From: Lama guanicoe
Lineage: Eukaryota
Assembly (NCBI GenBank): GCA_013239625.1
Contig: MU056050.1
Span: 6,587,838-6,651,837 of the forward strand
Length of the DNA: 64,000 bases
Direction of reading: 5' to 3'
A program made the translations under genes and the position numbers. The notes below the pieces were generated by a model. It worked only from the letters and a program-made list of their open reading frames with translations. It was not told where the DNA came from and ran no database searches. Of the stretch, positions 1 through 16,410 are shown in pieces. Position 1 is the first letter of the stretch; every line of letters begins with the position of its first letter.

Positions 1-438
1 GAGAATGTCATTCTAAGTGAAGTAAGCCAGAAAGAGAAAGAAAAATACCATATGAGATCACTCATATGTGGAATCTAAAAAACAAAAACAAACAAACAAA
101 CAAAAACAAAGCATAAATACAGGACAGAAATAGACTCATGGACAGAGAATACAGTCTTGTGGTTACCAGGGGGGTAGAGGGTGGGAAGGGATAGACTGGG
201 ATTTCAAAATTGTAGAATAGATAAACAAGATTACACTGTATAGCACAGGGAAATATACACAAAATGTTATGATAAATCACAGAGAAAAAAAAGTGACAAT
301 GAGTGTGTATATGTCCATGAATGACTGAAAAATTGTGCTGAACACTGGAATTTGACACAACATTGTAAAATGATTATAAATCAATAAAAAATGTTAAAAA
401 AAATAAAAAATAAAAGTATTTTTCTCAAAAAAAAAAAA
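1..438 (+). mobile_element. Young L1 3' end with A-rich tail
   Basis: End of ORF2 (ENVILSEVSQKEKEKYH), 3'UTR, AATAAA and poly(A). The 3' part is nearly identical to 46982-47108. Confidence 0.88.
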
Positions 439-2376
439 GTAGGATTCGATTTTAAAAGAAAGCTCCAGTCTATTAAAAATCTATTGGAACTAATAAGTAA
501 GTTCAGCAAAGTTCAGGATACAAAATCAATGCACAAATAAATTGTATTTCTGTATATTCCCAATGAACAATTTGAAATAATCTCATTTATAATAACATCA
601 AAAAATAAAATACTTCTGAATAAATGTAACAAAAGAAGTGTTAAACTTATACTCTGAAAACTATAAAACATTGTTGAGAGAAATTAAAGAGGACCTAAAT
701 AAATGAAAAGACAGCCCATGTTAATGGCTTGGAAGACTTAATCATGTTAGGATGATCATATTCTCCAAACTGATCTATGGATTCAATGTATTCCCCATCG
801 AACTTCCAGCTGGCTTCTTTGCAGAAATTGACAAGCTGATCCTAAGATTCATATGGAAATTCAAGGGACTACAGCCAAAGCAACTGAATAAAGAATAAAT
901 CTGGAGGACTCACACTTCCTAATTTCAAAACTTACTACAATGCTACAGTATCCCAGACAGTGTGATACTGGCATAAGAATAGACGTATTGATCAATGGAA
1001 TAGGACTGAGTCCAGAAACAAACTCTCACATTTACAGTCAATTGATTTTTGACAAGGGTGCCAAGACAATTCAACAGAGTAAGAACAATCTTCAACAAAT
1101 GGTGCTGAGACAACTGGATATCTACATGCAAAAGAATTTGAATCCCCTACCTCATACTATATATAAAAACTAACTCAAAATGGATCAAAGACCTAAACAT
1201 AAGAGCTAAAACTATAAATCTCTTAGAAGAAAACAGAGGCATAAATCTTCACAATCTTGAATTAGGTAGTTTCTTAAATCTGGCAACAAAAGCACAAGCA
1301 ACAACAACTAACAAAAAGATAAATTAGACTACATCAAAACTGAAACATTTTGTTCTTCAAAGGACACCTTCAAGAAAGTGAAAAGACAATATACAGAATG
1401 GAAGAGAATATTTGCGAACCATTTCTCTGAGAAGGGACCTATACAGAATAAAGAACCCTTACAACTCAACAATAAAAGACCCCAAACAACCCAATTTAAA
1501 AATGAACAAAGGCTCTAAATAGACACTTCTCCAAAGAAGATATACAAATGGCCAATAAGCTCATGAAAAGATGCTCAACATCATTATTCATCAGGGAAAC
1601 ACAAATCAAAACTACAGTGAGAAACAATTTCACACCCACAAGGATGGCTAGAATCAAAATTTTTGGACAATAATAACAAGTGTTGCCAAAGATATGGAGA
1701 AATTGGAACCCTCATGTGCTACTGGTAAGGATGAAAAATGGTGTAGCCACTTTGGGAAACAGTACAGAAGTTCTTCAAAGGTTAAACATAGAGTTACTAC
1801 ATGACCCAGCAATTTTACTCCCATGTATACAGCCAAGAGAAATGAAAACATATATGTCCATGTAAAAACTGGCACACTGATGTCCACTGCAGCATTATTC
1901 ATAATCACCAAAAGGTGGAAACAGCCCAAACGTCTATCAATTGATGAATGGGTAAATAAAATGTGGTCTATCCGTATAATGGAATACTATTCAGCCATAT
2001 AAATGAAGTACTGCTACATGCTACAACATGGATGAACCTTGAAAATACAAAGCTAAATGAAAAGAAGCCAGTCAGAAAAGACCACATATAATACAATTCC
2101 ATTTATATGAAATGTGCAGAAGAAGCAAGTCCAGAGCTAAAGAAAGTAGATTAATAGTTGCCTAGGGATGGGGCTGAGGGAACTGGGGGGAAAAGGAGAG
2201 TGACTACTAATGGGTACAGGGGTTTTTTAGGGGGAAATGAAAATGTTTTAAAATTGATTGTTGTGATGATAGCACAATTCTGTGAATATACTACAAATCA
2301 GTGAATCCTACATTTTAAACAGGGATTCTATGGTATCTGAACTGTTATCTCAATAGAGCTATTACAAAAAAAGAAA
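439..2376 (+). mobile_element. Older L1 (L1MB-like) ORF2 3' part and 3'UTR
   Basis: Degenerate ORF2 C-terminal sequence; 3' end ...TTATCTCAATAGAGCT followed by an A tail. Confidence 0.85.
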
Positions 2377-2940
2377 GTTCAGATAATAACTTTTTAGGAA
2401 CATACGTTATAAGGCATATCTGAGCAGGACAGCTGGGAGAGTTTTCATAACATTTACATATTCCAGTGAGGAAGCTCCCTTCTACCAAAGTAACCACACC
2501 AGTAACTCCAACCCACTTCCCTGGCCCCTATCACGGCTCCTATAGCATTTCATGCTTCCCTCATCAAGGTGCTTTCACAACATTGACAAATAGCCTGTCT
2601 TCTTGTGTCTCATCCCCACTAGAAAATGAGCTCCTTAAGAGTGGGGGCATCGTGTGCCTTGTTCACTGGTGTATTCCTAGCACCTACCACAGTGGCTGGC
2701 ACAGGATGCAGAAGAAATGACTAGATCTTTTGTTTTTAATTGTTTTTTTTAGAAATATCTAGATCTTAATCTATGTCAAGGGCACAAAGATCTTAAGGTA
2801 ATGTCAGGGCAGAAGCAGAGACAAGGAAGCTGGAGTCATTGGACACAACACTGCCTAAATATATCTCTAAGGTATAAATTTAGCCTACCCCTTCTATTAC
2901 CGACTCAGTCTTAAAGTCTTAAAAAGTCAGGAACACTTAC

Positions 2941-3037
2941 TGGGCTCTGAGGCAAGAGGCTGCTACTGGTCTCTTGAGTACTGGGAGGTCGACTTCCGCT
3001 TTCCTCCAGGGGCAAAATACCCCTTCGATCCAGCACA
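2941..3037 (-). CDS. ZDHHC9: ZDHHC9 coding exon 8 ([33 protein letters not shown]); terminal exon lies outside the window
   Basis: CTTCAG acceptor, GTAAGT donor, 97 nt. Cumulative CDS is 978 nt with no stop codon. Confidence 0.96.
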
Positions 3038-3428
3038 CTGAAGGAGATAGGAGAGTTAACAAAGCACTTTGCATCTACCTCTCCACTCACCCCACTGAAC
3101 CTTCCTGTGGGTGCTGGAAAACGTAAACCTGCTCTTGGCAGTCTAGCTTGGTCCTAGCACACATCTCCTGTCTTCCATTCACTTTTTCTTCCACAAACCA
3201 GGGAATACCATATTAAGGAGGGAACAAACAGATGAAATAAAAATGAAAGGTCATCCTTAAACAATCAGCCCATGGTCTACGGTCCACATAGATATGGCAT
3301 CAAGGGACGATTCCTGGGAAGACCTGACACCAAGAAGTCACATTCAGAAGAATGCATCAGACCAGGTGACAGGATCGGGTTGAGTTGCCTGTCCCAGGAG
3401 TTCTGGGACCTTCCCGTTCTCTGAGTAC

Positions 3429-3532
3429 CTGGGGGGCAAGGGGCCACACAGCACTTCACAGCAGTTCTTCACAATGTTGCCGTGGCTATAGGGATTCTGG
3501 ACACGATTCTTCCCTGTCCATGAGCCTTTGAT
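3429..3532 (-). CDS. ZDHHC9: ZDHHC9 coding exon 7 ([34 protein letters not shown])
   Basis: Lies within ORF 3344..3550(-). TTGCAG acceptor, GTACTC donor, 104 nt. Confidence 0.97.
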
Positions 3533-4249
3533 CTGCAAGATAACAGCCAAAGCTTATATTAAACATTACGCTGAAGAAATACACACAGCATGGGAAGATG
3601 AAAAAGTTCTGGAGATGGATGGTGGTGGTGGTTGCACAACAATGTGAGTGTACAAATGCCATTGAATTGTAGACTTATAAAACGGCTAAGATGGTTCCTT
3701 TTATGTAATGTGTATTTTACCACAATAGAAAAAAAATATGCATAGCCATGGAAAAATATTCACAATAGAGTGAAAAAAGCAGATAACTGAACATTATGTA
3801 TCATTTCCATTTAAAAATACCTAATATATTCACATAAACAAACATGGGAACAAGTCTAGACAAGTCTAGAAAGCCTATAGATCATATCACTAACAATGGT
3901 GATGTCTAGGAATTACGGGGACTTATTTGCTATTTTTTGCTCATCTGTATTTTCTGATTTTCTACAATGAACATGGACTAATTGGTAACCTTTTAAAGGC
4001 AAAAATTTACTCAGTGCAACTGTCCCTCTCCATTCCAAGTCCAGAGGCAGCAGGTAGCTTTTAAGGACCTATGAACAGCTGAAGACCTCGTGCCCACCCA
4101 ACCATTCAATCTTTTCTTCCTAATTCCCTACAGGCATTCAGCTCCAGACAAAGCAGTCTGCCTTCTCTTCCACACATCCAATTTATCAATCTCTCATACC
4201 CGGTTTCTGCCTGCCTCAACCTCCCAAGCCCTGGAGACTGAGTTCTCTA

Positions 4250-5192
<943 letters not shown>

Positions 5193-5241
5193 GTTCCAGG
5201 AGTTTCTTTCAACGTCTCCAGGAAGCCAATTTTCAAGGATT
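5193..5241 (-). CDS. ZDHHC9: ZDHHC9 coding exon 5 (KSLKIGFLETLKETPGT)
   Basis: CACAG acceptor; followed by U12-type donor ATATCCTCC; 49 nt. Confidence 0.96.
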
Positions 5242-5700
5242 CTGTGAAATTTGGAGGAGGAGTAGAGAGAAAGATTAGTAACTTTAGTAACAAATACACA
5301 CTTATCCTAGTGCCGACTCACTTTCTTCCCTCCCTATCCCTAGTTACAAGCTGGCAAGAAAGAAGCCCTCATTCAGGCAAAGGACTCACACCTCCAAGCT
5401 GGTACTCCCTTGACTAAAGGGTTCACCTTTCCAATGTAGGACCCAACACTGGACTAAAGAGTCAGGCAGAAGCCAAGCATCCAGCTCCCGTCCCTTTTCC
5501 CTAGCCTCTAGCTACAGGCATGGAGGGGGATATTCATTCATAGATGAAAGAAATCAGAAATATCCAAGAAAAATCCTCTCTCTTCACCAATCTGTATCTC
5601 TCCATTGTTCAAAAGTCCAGCTCAGAACTCATCTCTTCCCAGGAAGCTGCCTTGATTAAGACCACTGCTTTAACTCCACATCTCATCTGCTTTTGGGCTG

Positions 5701-5704
<4 letters not shown>

Positions 5705-5737
<33 letters not shown>
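5705..5737. repeat. (TG)n microsatellite
   Basis: Read directly. Confidence 0.97.
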
Positions 5738-5742
<5 letters not shown>

Positions 5743-6124
5743 ATGTGCAGACACACAGGTGTATATTTTCTATCTTCCAAAGTAGACTATGAGCTACTAA
5801 AAGACATTCTCTGGCAAAACCCCTTCTACCACCTGACACAAGGCAGGTCTTACAAGGTAGAGGAGAGGACACATACAGTCAAAAATACATCCCCAACCTT
5901 TGGGATCACGTCAGAAATGCCTAGTACTCTAGGTACAGACTAGTAATTGTGGTCCCGGTACCCAGCAGAGGGCCACTGAGGTGGCCAGCATACTCAGTAA
6001 GTATTGACTGATGTGAGCTGGGTTTAGAGCCCTGCTCAAGAGCAGATAGCAGTGCTCAGTTCTACTGGTCCTAAGGCGCCTTTGCAATGGTAAAGTCCCA
6101 CCAGGACATGGAAGCACTCCCCTA

Positions 6125-6391
<267 letters not shown>

Positions 6392-6479
6392 TTAATACCT
6401 AATTCAAAGACCCCTAATAACACTGCCTACTTCAATTGTAGAAAAAAAAAACACTGGTTTTTATTTCATTTTTTCACAA

Positions 6480-6620
6480 TGTTTTCATAGCCATCTCATT
6501 TGATCCCCACAATCATCCTGGAAGTTGGGCAAAAAAAGATATCCTTTTCTCCATTTTACAGATGAGGAAACTGAGGCACTGAGGGGTTAAGTGATCTGTC
6601 TCACCACCAGGTAACAGCAG
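6480..6620 (-). mobile_element. MIR SINE fragment
   Basis: CCATTTTACAGATGAGGAAACTGAGGC core. Confidence 0.8.
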
Positions 6621-7629
6621 AAACCTTGCTTTTCCAAAGAAAAATCTTAGTAGGTGCATCTACTAACTACAGGAAGAACAAATAGGTGTAAATAGCCAAG
6701 GAAATTTTTGAAAAATGAGTAGCGTGGTTTTTCTTAATCTCCAGTTAGTAAAAAAAAATATAAACCTACAATACTTTAAATGGTGTGGCATAGCTCAATG
6801 GAATGGAAAGACTCTAGAATAGACAAGAATTTACAGTCTGAGAATGGCAGTGCTACAAAACCAGCGGTGAAAGGAAGTATTATTCCACAAACAACTCGGT
6901 GGCAATTGGCTACTTGGTTGAAAATAAGGTTAGATCGTTTTCCCCTCACACTATTTATGAAAATTAATTCCAGACGAATTAAAGAGTTAAATGAAAAAAC
7001 AAAGTGAAACCTTAAAATAGCCATAAAGAATAGATGAACATTTGTCTCCTGTATGGAGAAGGACTTTCTCAGCATAAAAGTAAAGGAAGTAAAAAAAGTA
7101 AAGGAAGAAAACATCGACAACAAAGAAAAATAGATTTGACTCCATACACTTTAAAAAATATTTCATGTATGTTAAAAATACTATGAAGAAAGTTAAAGAG
7201 AAAAAAATCCAAAGGAATGTATGTAAATTTTGTAACTCAGTCTAAGAAGTCCTTACAAATCAATAACAAAATACAAATACTCCTTTAAGAAAATAGTCAA
7301 AGGCAAAACAGTTAATAAATACCATATAAACAGATATTTAAGTGTTTTCAGACTCACTAATAACTCTGCAATACTGATACAATGATAAAATACCTTTTTG
7401 CCTATCAAAATAAGAATAAAAAAATAATATCCAGGATTAGTGAGAACGGGGTAGAATGTACACTCTAATATACTGTTTGTAGGAGTATAAATTGAGAGGA
7501 CCTTTCTGGAAAGCAATTTGGTCAAATGTATCAAGAGCCTTAATAATGCTTATACCCCTTCAGCAGAATAACTCCATTTCCAATAATTTCTCATGAAGAA
7601 ATAGAGATGTGCACAGTTAAGTTCAGTAA

Positions 7630-8665
7630 TTTTTATTAAAATTTTTATTGTGGTAAAAGATATAAAACATACAATTTGCCACTTTAACCAATTTTAAGTG
7701 TAAAATTCAGTGGCATTAATTACATTCACAAAGTTGTGCAACCATCACAACTACCTATTTCCAAAAATGTTCATCACCCCCAAACAGAAACGCACTACCC
7801 ATTAAACAGTAACTCTCCATTTTCTCCTTTTCCCAGCCCCTGGTAACCTCTAACCTTCTTTCTGTCTCTGTGAACTTGCCTATTCTAGATATTTCATTTA
7901 AGTGGAATCATACAATATATGGCCTTTTGTGTCCGGCTTCTTTCACTTAGCACGCTTTCAGGCTCATCCATGTTGTAGCATGTACCAGCACTTCATTCCT
8001 CCTTATGATTAAGTAATATTCCATTGTATGAATATATCGCGTTTTGTTTATCCATTCATTTGTTGATGGACACTTGGATTGTCTCCATCTTCTTTGCTTA
8101 TTATGAACAAGGCTTCTATGAATACTGATGTACAAGTATGTTTGAGTTCCTGTTTTCAATTCTTTTTGGTATTGTTATGGACAGAATTATGTCCCCCTAC
8201 CAAATTCATAGCCCTAATCCTGAATGTGACTGTATTTGTAGACAAGGTCTCTAAGGAGGTAACTAAAGTCAAATGAGGTCATAAGAGAGGGGCCCTAATC
8301 AAATGGTATCCTTACAAGAAGTGCGGAAGCACAGAGAAAAGGTCCTCTGAGGACATAGCAAGAGTGTGGCCACCTGCAAGCCAGAGAGGCCTCACCAGAA
8401 ATCAACCCAGCTGGCACCTCGATCTTGGACTTCTAATCTCCAGCACCACAAGAAGATAAATTTCTGTTACTTAAGCCATTCAGTCTGTGGTATTTTGGTT
8501 ATGGCACCCCAACCGGACTAATGCAGGTATACACCCAGGGTTCCAGGGTTGGAATTGCTGGGTCGTATAATTCTATGTTTAACTTTTTTGACGAACTTCC
8601 AAACTGTTCTCCACAGTGGCTGCACCATTTTACATTCCCACCAGCAATGTATGAAGGTTCAAATC
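7630..8665 (-). mobile_element. L1 (L1MB-like) 3' end, interrupted by the MaLR LTR
   Basis: Reverse complement resembles the L1 3' region at 1700-2370; boundaries approximate. Confidence 0.8.
8173..8525 (+). mobile_element. MaLR (MLT1A-like) solo LTR inside an antisense L1
   Basis: TG...CA ends; GGTAT TSD at 8168-8172 and 8526-8530. Confidence 0.85.
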
Positions 8666-10424
8666 TTGTCATGTCCTTAAATTTAATCATTTTGATTGCA
8701 GTGTTGTAATAATGAATAAAATGGAATTGTGAATAATATCTACTGGTAGGAGACTGCCTAATTAAACTAGAATATAACCATATGATGGATTATGCAGTCA
8801 TTAAAAATAATATATTCAAAAAACATTGATTAAAGATGCAGAAAAATGCTCAGGATATAACGTTAAGTGACAAAGGCAGGACTAAAAATTCTATTATGTG
8901 TGATCCAATTTCACATACAAGAGAGAGACTAGAAGGAAATATAGCAAAATGGAGAGTAAGTTTGGGATTAAGTTTTATTTACCCTTTCTGTACTTCCCAT
9001 ATTTTCTACAATGAACATGTACTATTTTAATGAATCATAAAAGCACAAAGAATAAAATACATCATTTTTAAAGCACAGTGAGCCATGTACCAACCAAAAA
9101 AAAAGACTCTAAGAATGGTGCATCTTCTGGTTAAAGGGCTACAATATATCTTTGCAGAAAAGGGAAGATAGCCTTACTATAAGTAAACTTACCATATAAA
9201 AAAATCGGAAAATGTAGATTTATACAGATGTATTTTTACTGTATTATAAATCACATCTTTTTCTGATAATACAAGTAGTACATACTCATTGTAGAAAACT
9301 TGAAAATAATGTTTTTCTAATGAAGGAAACAAAATCACTTATAACCCCACAACCTATAGATAACAAACAATAAGCATTCTGGAGTACTTCCTTGCATATT
9401 TCTTTATATATACTTGTATTTTTAAAATGTGTAACTGAGATCACACTATAAATGCAGCCTATCTTCTATTTTATTTCATTTAGCTTTCTGGTATGAGTTT
9501 TTCTCATAAAAGTCTACTGTATGAATGTCCCACAATTTATTTGACCATTTATCTACTGGTGGACAATTAGGTTCTTTCCAATTTTTCATTATGATAATAA
9601 TCTAGAGATAAATACATCCATACCTAAATCTTTCATCACATCCCTGATTATTTTCTTGGGCTAGATCCCGAGAAAGTGAGTCACTGGCGTTAAAGGGTAT
9701 ACATGTTTTAAGGCTTTTATGAATCTTACTATGCTGCCTTCCAAAAAGTTTGTTCCAATTTACACTCTTACCAGTGTAAGATTAAGCATTATCAGGTTTT
9801 CCTTGCTAATTTTCTAGATTAAAAAAGATCCTGTTTTAATTTTTATTTCTTTGATTTTTCAGTAGAGATGAACATTTTTACTAAGTAATTGCATTTCCTG
9901 TTTTATCTGCTGTCCATATTTCTACTGAAATGTTAGTGCTTCTTTTTTTAAAAAATCAATTTGTATGCATTCCTTATAGTTAAGAATACTAATAAAGAGA
10001 GGGAACTCTTTATGAAAACCTTCACATCACACTTTCTTGAAATATCAAGTTTCCTGGCTCATTTAAAATGACTTTCAATTTATAAAAATCCTATCTACAT
10101 ATAGCTTTTTACCATATAAAGTAAGATACATCTTCCCAACCTTAACCTAAAAAGAACTGGCTATTAAGAGGAAAGCAATGTACTCAGGCGTGCTCCGCGG
10201 CGTATATAAAGAATGCTGGAAGGATGCCTGTTGATAATATAAGGAATTGCACGTACATGCCTATCAACAGACATATTTACTGCCTGTCTTTTTCTCTTTT
10301 TCAGGGTTCAGCATACATTAGGCAGTGATTACAACCAAGCCACATATATGCAGATAGAATCACAGACCCCTGTATTATGCACACATACAATCGCCACCCT
10401 TGCAGCAGAAACAGAGAAAGAAGA

Positions 10425-10630
10425 AATGAGGGTTTTGGAATCAGACCCATTCCAGCTTCATCTCCTACTAATTATATGAACTTACACAAAGGTGCTTCAC
10501 CTATTTCCTCATCTGTAAAACGGGGATACTGCTTATCTTATGGGGTTCTTACAAGTCTTAAATGAGAGAAAGGGATAGCACTTAGCACAGTGCCTAGACT
10601 ATAGCAAGAATTCAATAAATGCTAGCAATT
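10425..10630 (+). mobile_element. MIR SINE
   Basis: TTTCCTCATCTGTAAAACGGGGAT core and MIR-like 3' tail. Confidence 0.75.
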
Positions 10631-11034
10631 TTCTTCTTAGGAACACTACTTACTTAGCCCTTCCTTCCCTGATACTGCCCTCCAGTGGACTAGGAGTCTC
10701 CTCCCCCTATATAAGACAGGTTCCACTGGAAACAGATCCAGCAGAGGAAAATCGAGATTTGAAAAACAAGTAAAGTTTATTTCCTCATTTGCCAAAGAGG
10801 TTGTTTTTTTAAATTTTAGACTAGAAGATATTTCAATTACGATCAGATCTACAGTAGTACACTGACTGACAATTGTTCAGAAGCTTGTTTCCTATCTAAA
10901 GTTTCCTAACTAAATCTAGCTTGTTTCCTATCTAAATCTATCTTCCCACCCACCACGGATTTTTCCTGAGAAGAATCACCCTGACCCTCTTCTTTAACTC
11001 AGCCTTTTCCCCAGAGAAAGTCTCTTTGGTTTTA

Positions 11035-11205
<171 letters not shown>

Positions 11206-14200
11206 TCAGTAAAGATAGGTAACGTCACTGTTAGCCATTATATGAGCCCAAAAGTCTCACTACCTCTACAAGAGCAATGGGAGTAATCAAAAGTTCCCTA
11301 GGACCACTGTCTTCTCCAGACTGGTATTTTTAGACTAGACTCTCACCATCACAGAATATCCTCCCAAAATTCCACCGAGTGCCATGCAATTATTTTGTGT
11401 ACATGTGAAAAAGTGTTTCTTCAAAATTTTGGCTGATTACAAAGGAAAACATTCATAAAAGAAGAAATACAAATGGCTAAAGAAATATGAAATGAAAACA
11501 TCCACTTTCCTGATAATCAAAGAAATAAAAATGAACACAAACACACTATTTCCACCTCTTATATTAACAAATATTAAAAAGAATAAAAATACCCAGTGTT
11601 AGTAAGGATGAGGAGAAGGTATTTTTATACATTACCTGTAAGCAATATGACAGTGACTACCAAAATTTTAAATATGTGTACTTCTAGGAACTTACCAAAA
11701 TTACAAAGAGACATATAGGATATTTGTCACAGAGTCCCTTTTAATAGTGAAATACTGAAAATAACCTCAATGTCATAATAGGAGGTTGGATAAGCAAATT
11801 ATGATACATGCAGGGCATGGAATATTATGTAGCCATTTTAAATGATGTACACATTTTAAATGACACAGGAAAATATTCATGACATATTGCAAAATGAAAA
11901 TGTACACTAAAAAGGAACACGTACAAAGGATTTTATCTTGCAAAAGTAAAATACAGGCATGAAAAAAAGACTGGAGATACTTAGAATCAGGAAAACAGTT
12001 ACTTAAAAATAGGAATAATATATGTTTATTGTAAAACATTTGGAAAAAAACAGAAAATTTAAATAAAAGACAAAAATCACTGACAGTCTCTCAATTCAGG
12101 GATATTTATGCATTTTGGTGTATTTTCTTCTGTCTTCTCTTAATAGATAAACAGTCATGATTTTTTTAAAATTTGAGATTATATTATAAATATAATTTTA
12201 TATCCTGTATTTTTCACTTAACATTATACAGTGAGCATTTTCCCATGGTTGTTATTTTCTGAAAACACCATTATTGGCAATATAATATTCCATCATCTGC
12301 ATGTGCTGCAATTTATTTAACCATTCCATATTACCGGGCATTTAAGTTGCCTCTGGTATTTTGCTATTTAAATGATGCTGCATGCAAAAACTTAAAACAT
12401 TACAGATGAAGGTTAATCCCCTTTGATCTCCACCACAATCCTAATTCCCTCTTCCTTTCCCAAAGAATATGTTCACATGTTAAAATTAATTTCTAAAACA
12501 TCAAGAAAAGAAGAAAAACATGTTAAAGTCTGAGCAGTAATATATGAAGTTGCCGGCATTAATAGCTAGGAAAAAGGAAAAATGATGCATTAAAAATCCT
12601 TCCACAGTTATTTGTGAAAATCTCTGATTATTTCCTTTACTAACCCTGAGAGATGTGGAATTACTGGGTCAAAGGGTATGAACCCTTAAAGCCCATATTA
12701 CTTATTGCTAAACTGCTTCCCAGACAGATTGTATCAATTTGCACACCCGCCCTTTTGCAGCATATGAGAGTGCCTGTCTCATTGCACCCTTGCTGTGCAG
12801 AATAATTCTAAAAACAGAATATTTTTTCAATTCACTTTGATTTTAAAAATATCTGCCATATGGAACTTTTTTCCTTTTTTTGTGGAGTGGAGTGGATGCT
12901 GTGAAATCAAACAATAACAGTGTGTCACAAGTCTTAAAAGGATGAGGATAGCTAGTCATTAGAGGATGATAGAAGTACCAGCATGTACTTTAACATTCCT
13001 CTGCACGTGCTTTCCATGAGGGCACCTGGGAGATAGAGTTCACGGCTCACTCTCCCCATGAGGCACGCTATGATGCAAGGAAATCATACGTCTTCTCTCC
13101 CCCAACCAGCCCCAGCCCACAGCATACCCAGTACAGGGCTGAATCTAAGCTGACAGAAACTTGCTAACAAAAACATACATATGAACTCAAGAATGCACTC
13201 TTCTATTGAGAGAAACATGCTAAAAGCAGAGGTCACAACATGACAGCTCGAGCCGGGGCCCAGGCCCAGTGATCTGGCAAAAGAGAGCTAACCTTGCTAA
13301 CAGACTGCTATGAGACACAAGATAAAGTCAAGGCACTGCCTTGACCTTCAGTTCCTCTATATGTGAATGGAAAGGGGATGCTAAAGGCATAATCCAGATG
13401 GAGAAAAGACAACATTCATAACTGTCCCTTCCTATCTTGTTCCTAACTAGCCCAGGTCTCCCCCAAACTTCAGCTGTGCCAACACACTTCACCTGTTTCC
13501 TTCCCACAATTCCTCCCTTACCTCAATCCCTAAGCAGTTTGAGCTCAGATGTAGACAAACCTATGTCCCTTTAGTGCAGGTAAAACAGACCAAATTAAAA
13601 AAAAATTCCACTAAGCTGAAGAGAAACACAGCTAAATAAACAAAAGAAATATGAAATCTTGTAGGCTTTCAAAGCACCCTAAAAGAGTATCAAATTAACA
13701 TGTTGTACACCTTAAACTTACACAATGTCATTGTCAATTATATCTCAATAAAGCTGAGGGAAAAAAAGAAATCAAGTAGAACTGCAAGAAAATATTTCCT
13801 TGACAATAGCATTCATATAAACATTAGGAATAAACTCAATAGGAGAAGCATAGAAATTAAAGAAAACTATAAAAATTTTATTAAAGGGTATGAAATTCAG
13901 TCTGAAATTATAGAAAGATGTACAATCTTCTTGGTTAGGCACATAATAATTATACAAATGTAAATTCTCTCAAAAATAATATATAAATGTAATATAATAC
14001 CTACTAGAACCTCAATACATTTGTCTTTTTAAGTAAATAAAATAATATTAAAATCTAAGCAAACAAAAACAACAACAAAGCACGTAAAAGAACTAAAAGC
14101 TAACCACAGACTGGTGCTCCACTGGCACAGCTGTTAGTCTTACAAGTCCTGGGTCCCTGTCTTTTACTCTATGTGGATGCTGACTCTAGCTACTTGGGTA

Positions 14201-14891
14201 CCAGACTCGAGAACAATTTAGGTAGGCACTGTTGCTGGATCTGGTGGGCTCCCAGTCCCTCCCAGTCCCTCTCAGTACTGGCATCAGTCTTCTTTTCCAG
14301 CATGAGCTCCCGGGATATCCCCTCCTTGAGCCCTGGGATGTTCTGCTTCAATTCATGAAGGCACCCTGGCTCCTGGGTATTGTAGCATTTTACCTCTGTC
14401 CCAAAGGGCCCTACCCTGAGCTGCAGACTGCACTGTAATGAGTCTGTAACTACTCCCTTTACCATTCCTAGAATTCCCAATGGTTCCTGGCACCACAATG
14501 GTCCCTTCTCATCTTGTGTATCCCCCTAAAGCAGGAATTCTTGGTTAGAAACCCATGAATGTGCTTCAAAAGATCCATGAATCCCTGAAATTACATACAA
14601 AATTGTACGTATGTGATGCATATAAGAATATTTTTATGAAGACTAGGTTTATAGCTTTCATAAAAAAAATCAAATGAGTTGATGACCCCCCCAAAATTTT
14701 TTTTTAAATCCTCTTGGGAATAGTGCCGAAGGACCTTGGTAACAAATCCCTCCTGAAATGCAACCCAACACAGGGAAGCATGAAGCTCACATTATTCACA
14801 GGGTGCTCACGACCTCAAATTCAGGATCTTAGAGGGAAAAGGCTAGAAGTGACTGTTAATCTGCAACTACTATTAGGATTCCATTCCCTTA

Positions 14892-15119
<228 letters not shown>

Positions 15120-16204
15120 TTAATTAAACACTTAGTTATTCTGACCCTATACTGACCTCAAATTGTTACCAGTATGTGAATCTGGTCTCCACAACAAAAT
15201 CAGCAGTATCTCAAGGGCAGAGACCATATTTTTTACTTCTTTCAAATTACTGAAAACTCCTCACACATGGTACTATACATGCTAGCATCTAAACAACTAC
15301 TTAATTGATTGATGCCGCCTATAACATACAGAAGATAATATCAAGGGACCTTGGCTACTCCCAAGCCCAGAACCCAGTCCCTCCTGTCAGCCTGCTGGGA
15401 GCCCCATCTCCCTGTGCCTGGGCAAAGGCTCACACCTGTTAAGGTCAGGGATGCAGCTGAGCCTGGACTGTACACACTACAGGTTGCTCTCACTCTGGGA
15501 ATGTCTAGAGCTTCTGGTATCCACTCATCTGGCACAGGCCTGAGCTCGAGGAGAAGGAAGAAAAGTTGAGGACTCGTCATGAAGCAGAGTCCCAGTGTCA
15601 GACAGAGGGTATGCCCAGGGTCCTTCAAGGCCAGTGAAAAGCTTCAGGGCTGCTGACTGACTCTGCAACATCCACTTGTTCCTCCTCCTTCTTCAGTTAG
15701 CTCAGCCAGTAGGTGACTAGTGATCACCGGCAAGGGAATAAAAAAATTGGATCTCCTTAGCACCCCTTCCCAACATCATGTTTGTTCCCCTCTTTCCTCA
15801 TAATTCATTCACCTGGAAGGCGGTTCCTCTTTCTCTCTGGATATCCCAGCTCTACTCATCCTTCAGGTCCAGAGCCATCAACGTCCTCACTGTCAGCATC
15901 ACAATCACAACCCACTGAGCACATACCACATGCCAGGCACTACACTAAGCTCTCTAGATGCAAGATCTCATCCATTTCTCATCCTACATCTATGAGGTTG
16001 AGTCTATTATCCCTATCTGATAGCTGAAGAATCTGGGATTTATGAGGTCTTGCCTCCTCCAAAAGGCCTATCCTAAACCGCACGAACCTCTCCCTTCTCT
16101 ACCCTGTCACAGTCTTGTATTGTTTCCTAGCTGTTTTTCACTGTGTCAACCTTATGTCCCCCAAATGAACTTTATAAGAGCAAGAACCCTGTCTTTTGGG
16201 AGTG

Positions 16205-16410
16205 GGAATGCCTGGGTTTGAATTCTGGCTCTACCAGCTGCCAGCTGGGTAACTTAGTTAACTTCAGGCTCCTTAACTGTGAAATAAGGATGGTAATAGT
16301 ATTTCATAGGGTTGTTTGTGCTTCAAATGCATGAATATAAATAAAGTGCTTAGAACTGCCCTTGACACATAGTAAATGCTAAGTAAATGTCAGCTATTAA
16401 CATTATCATC
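16205..16410 (+). mobile_element. MIR SINE
   Basis: GCCTGGGTTTGAATTCTGGCTCT...CATAGGGTTGTT...TAAAGTGCTTAGAAC. Confidence 0.78.

Noticed and set aside
62..358. Similar short ORFs (MSNSSV.HNFSVIH...) at 62-358 and 36151-36393 suggesting a gene family
   Set aside because: They are antisense translations of the same L1 3'UTR.
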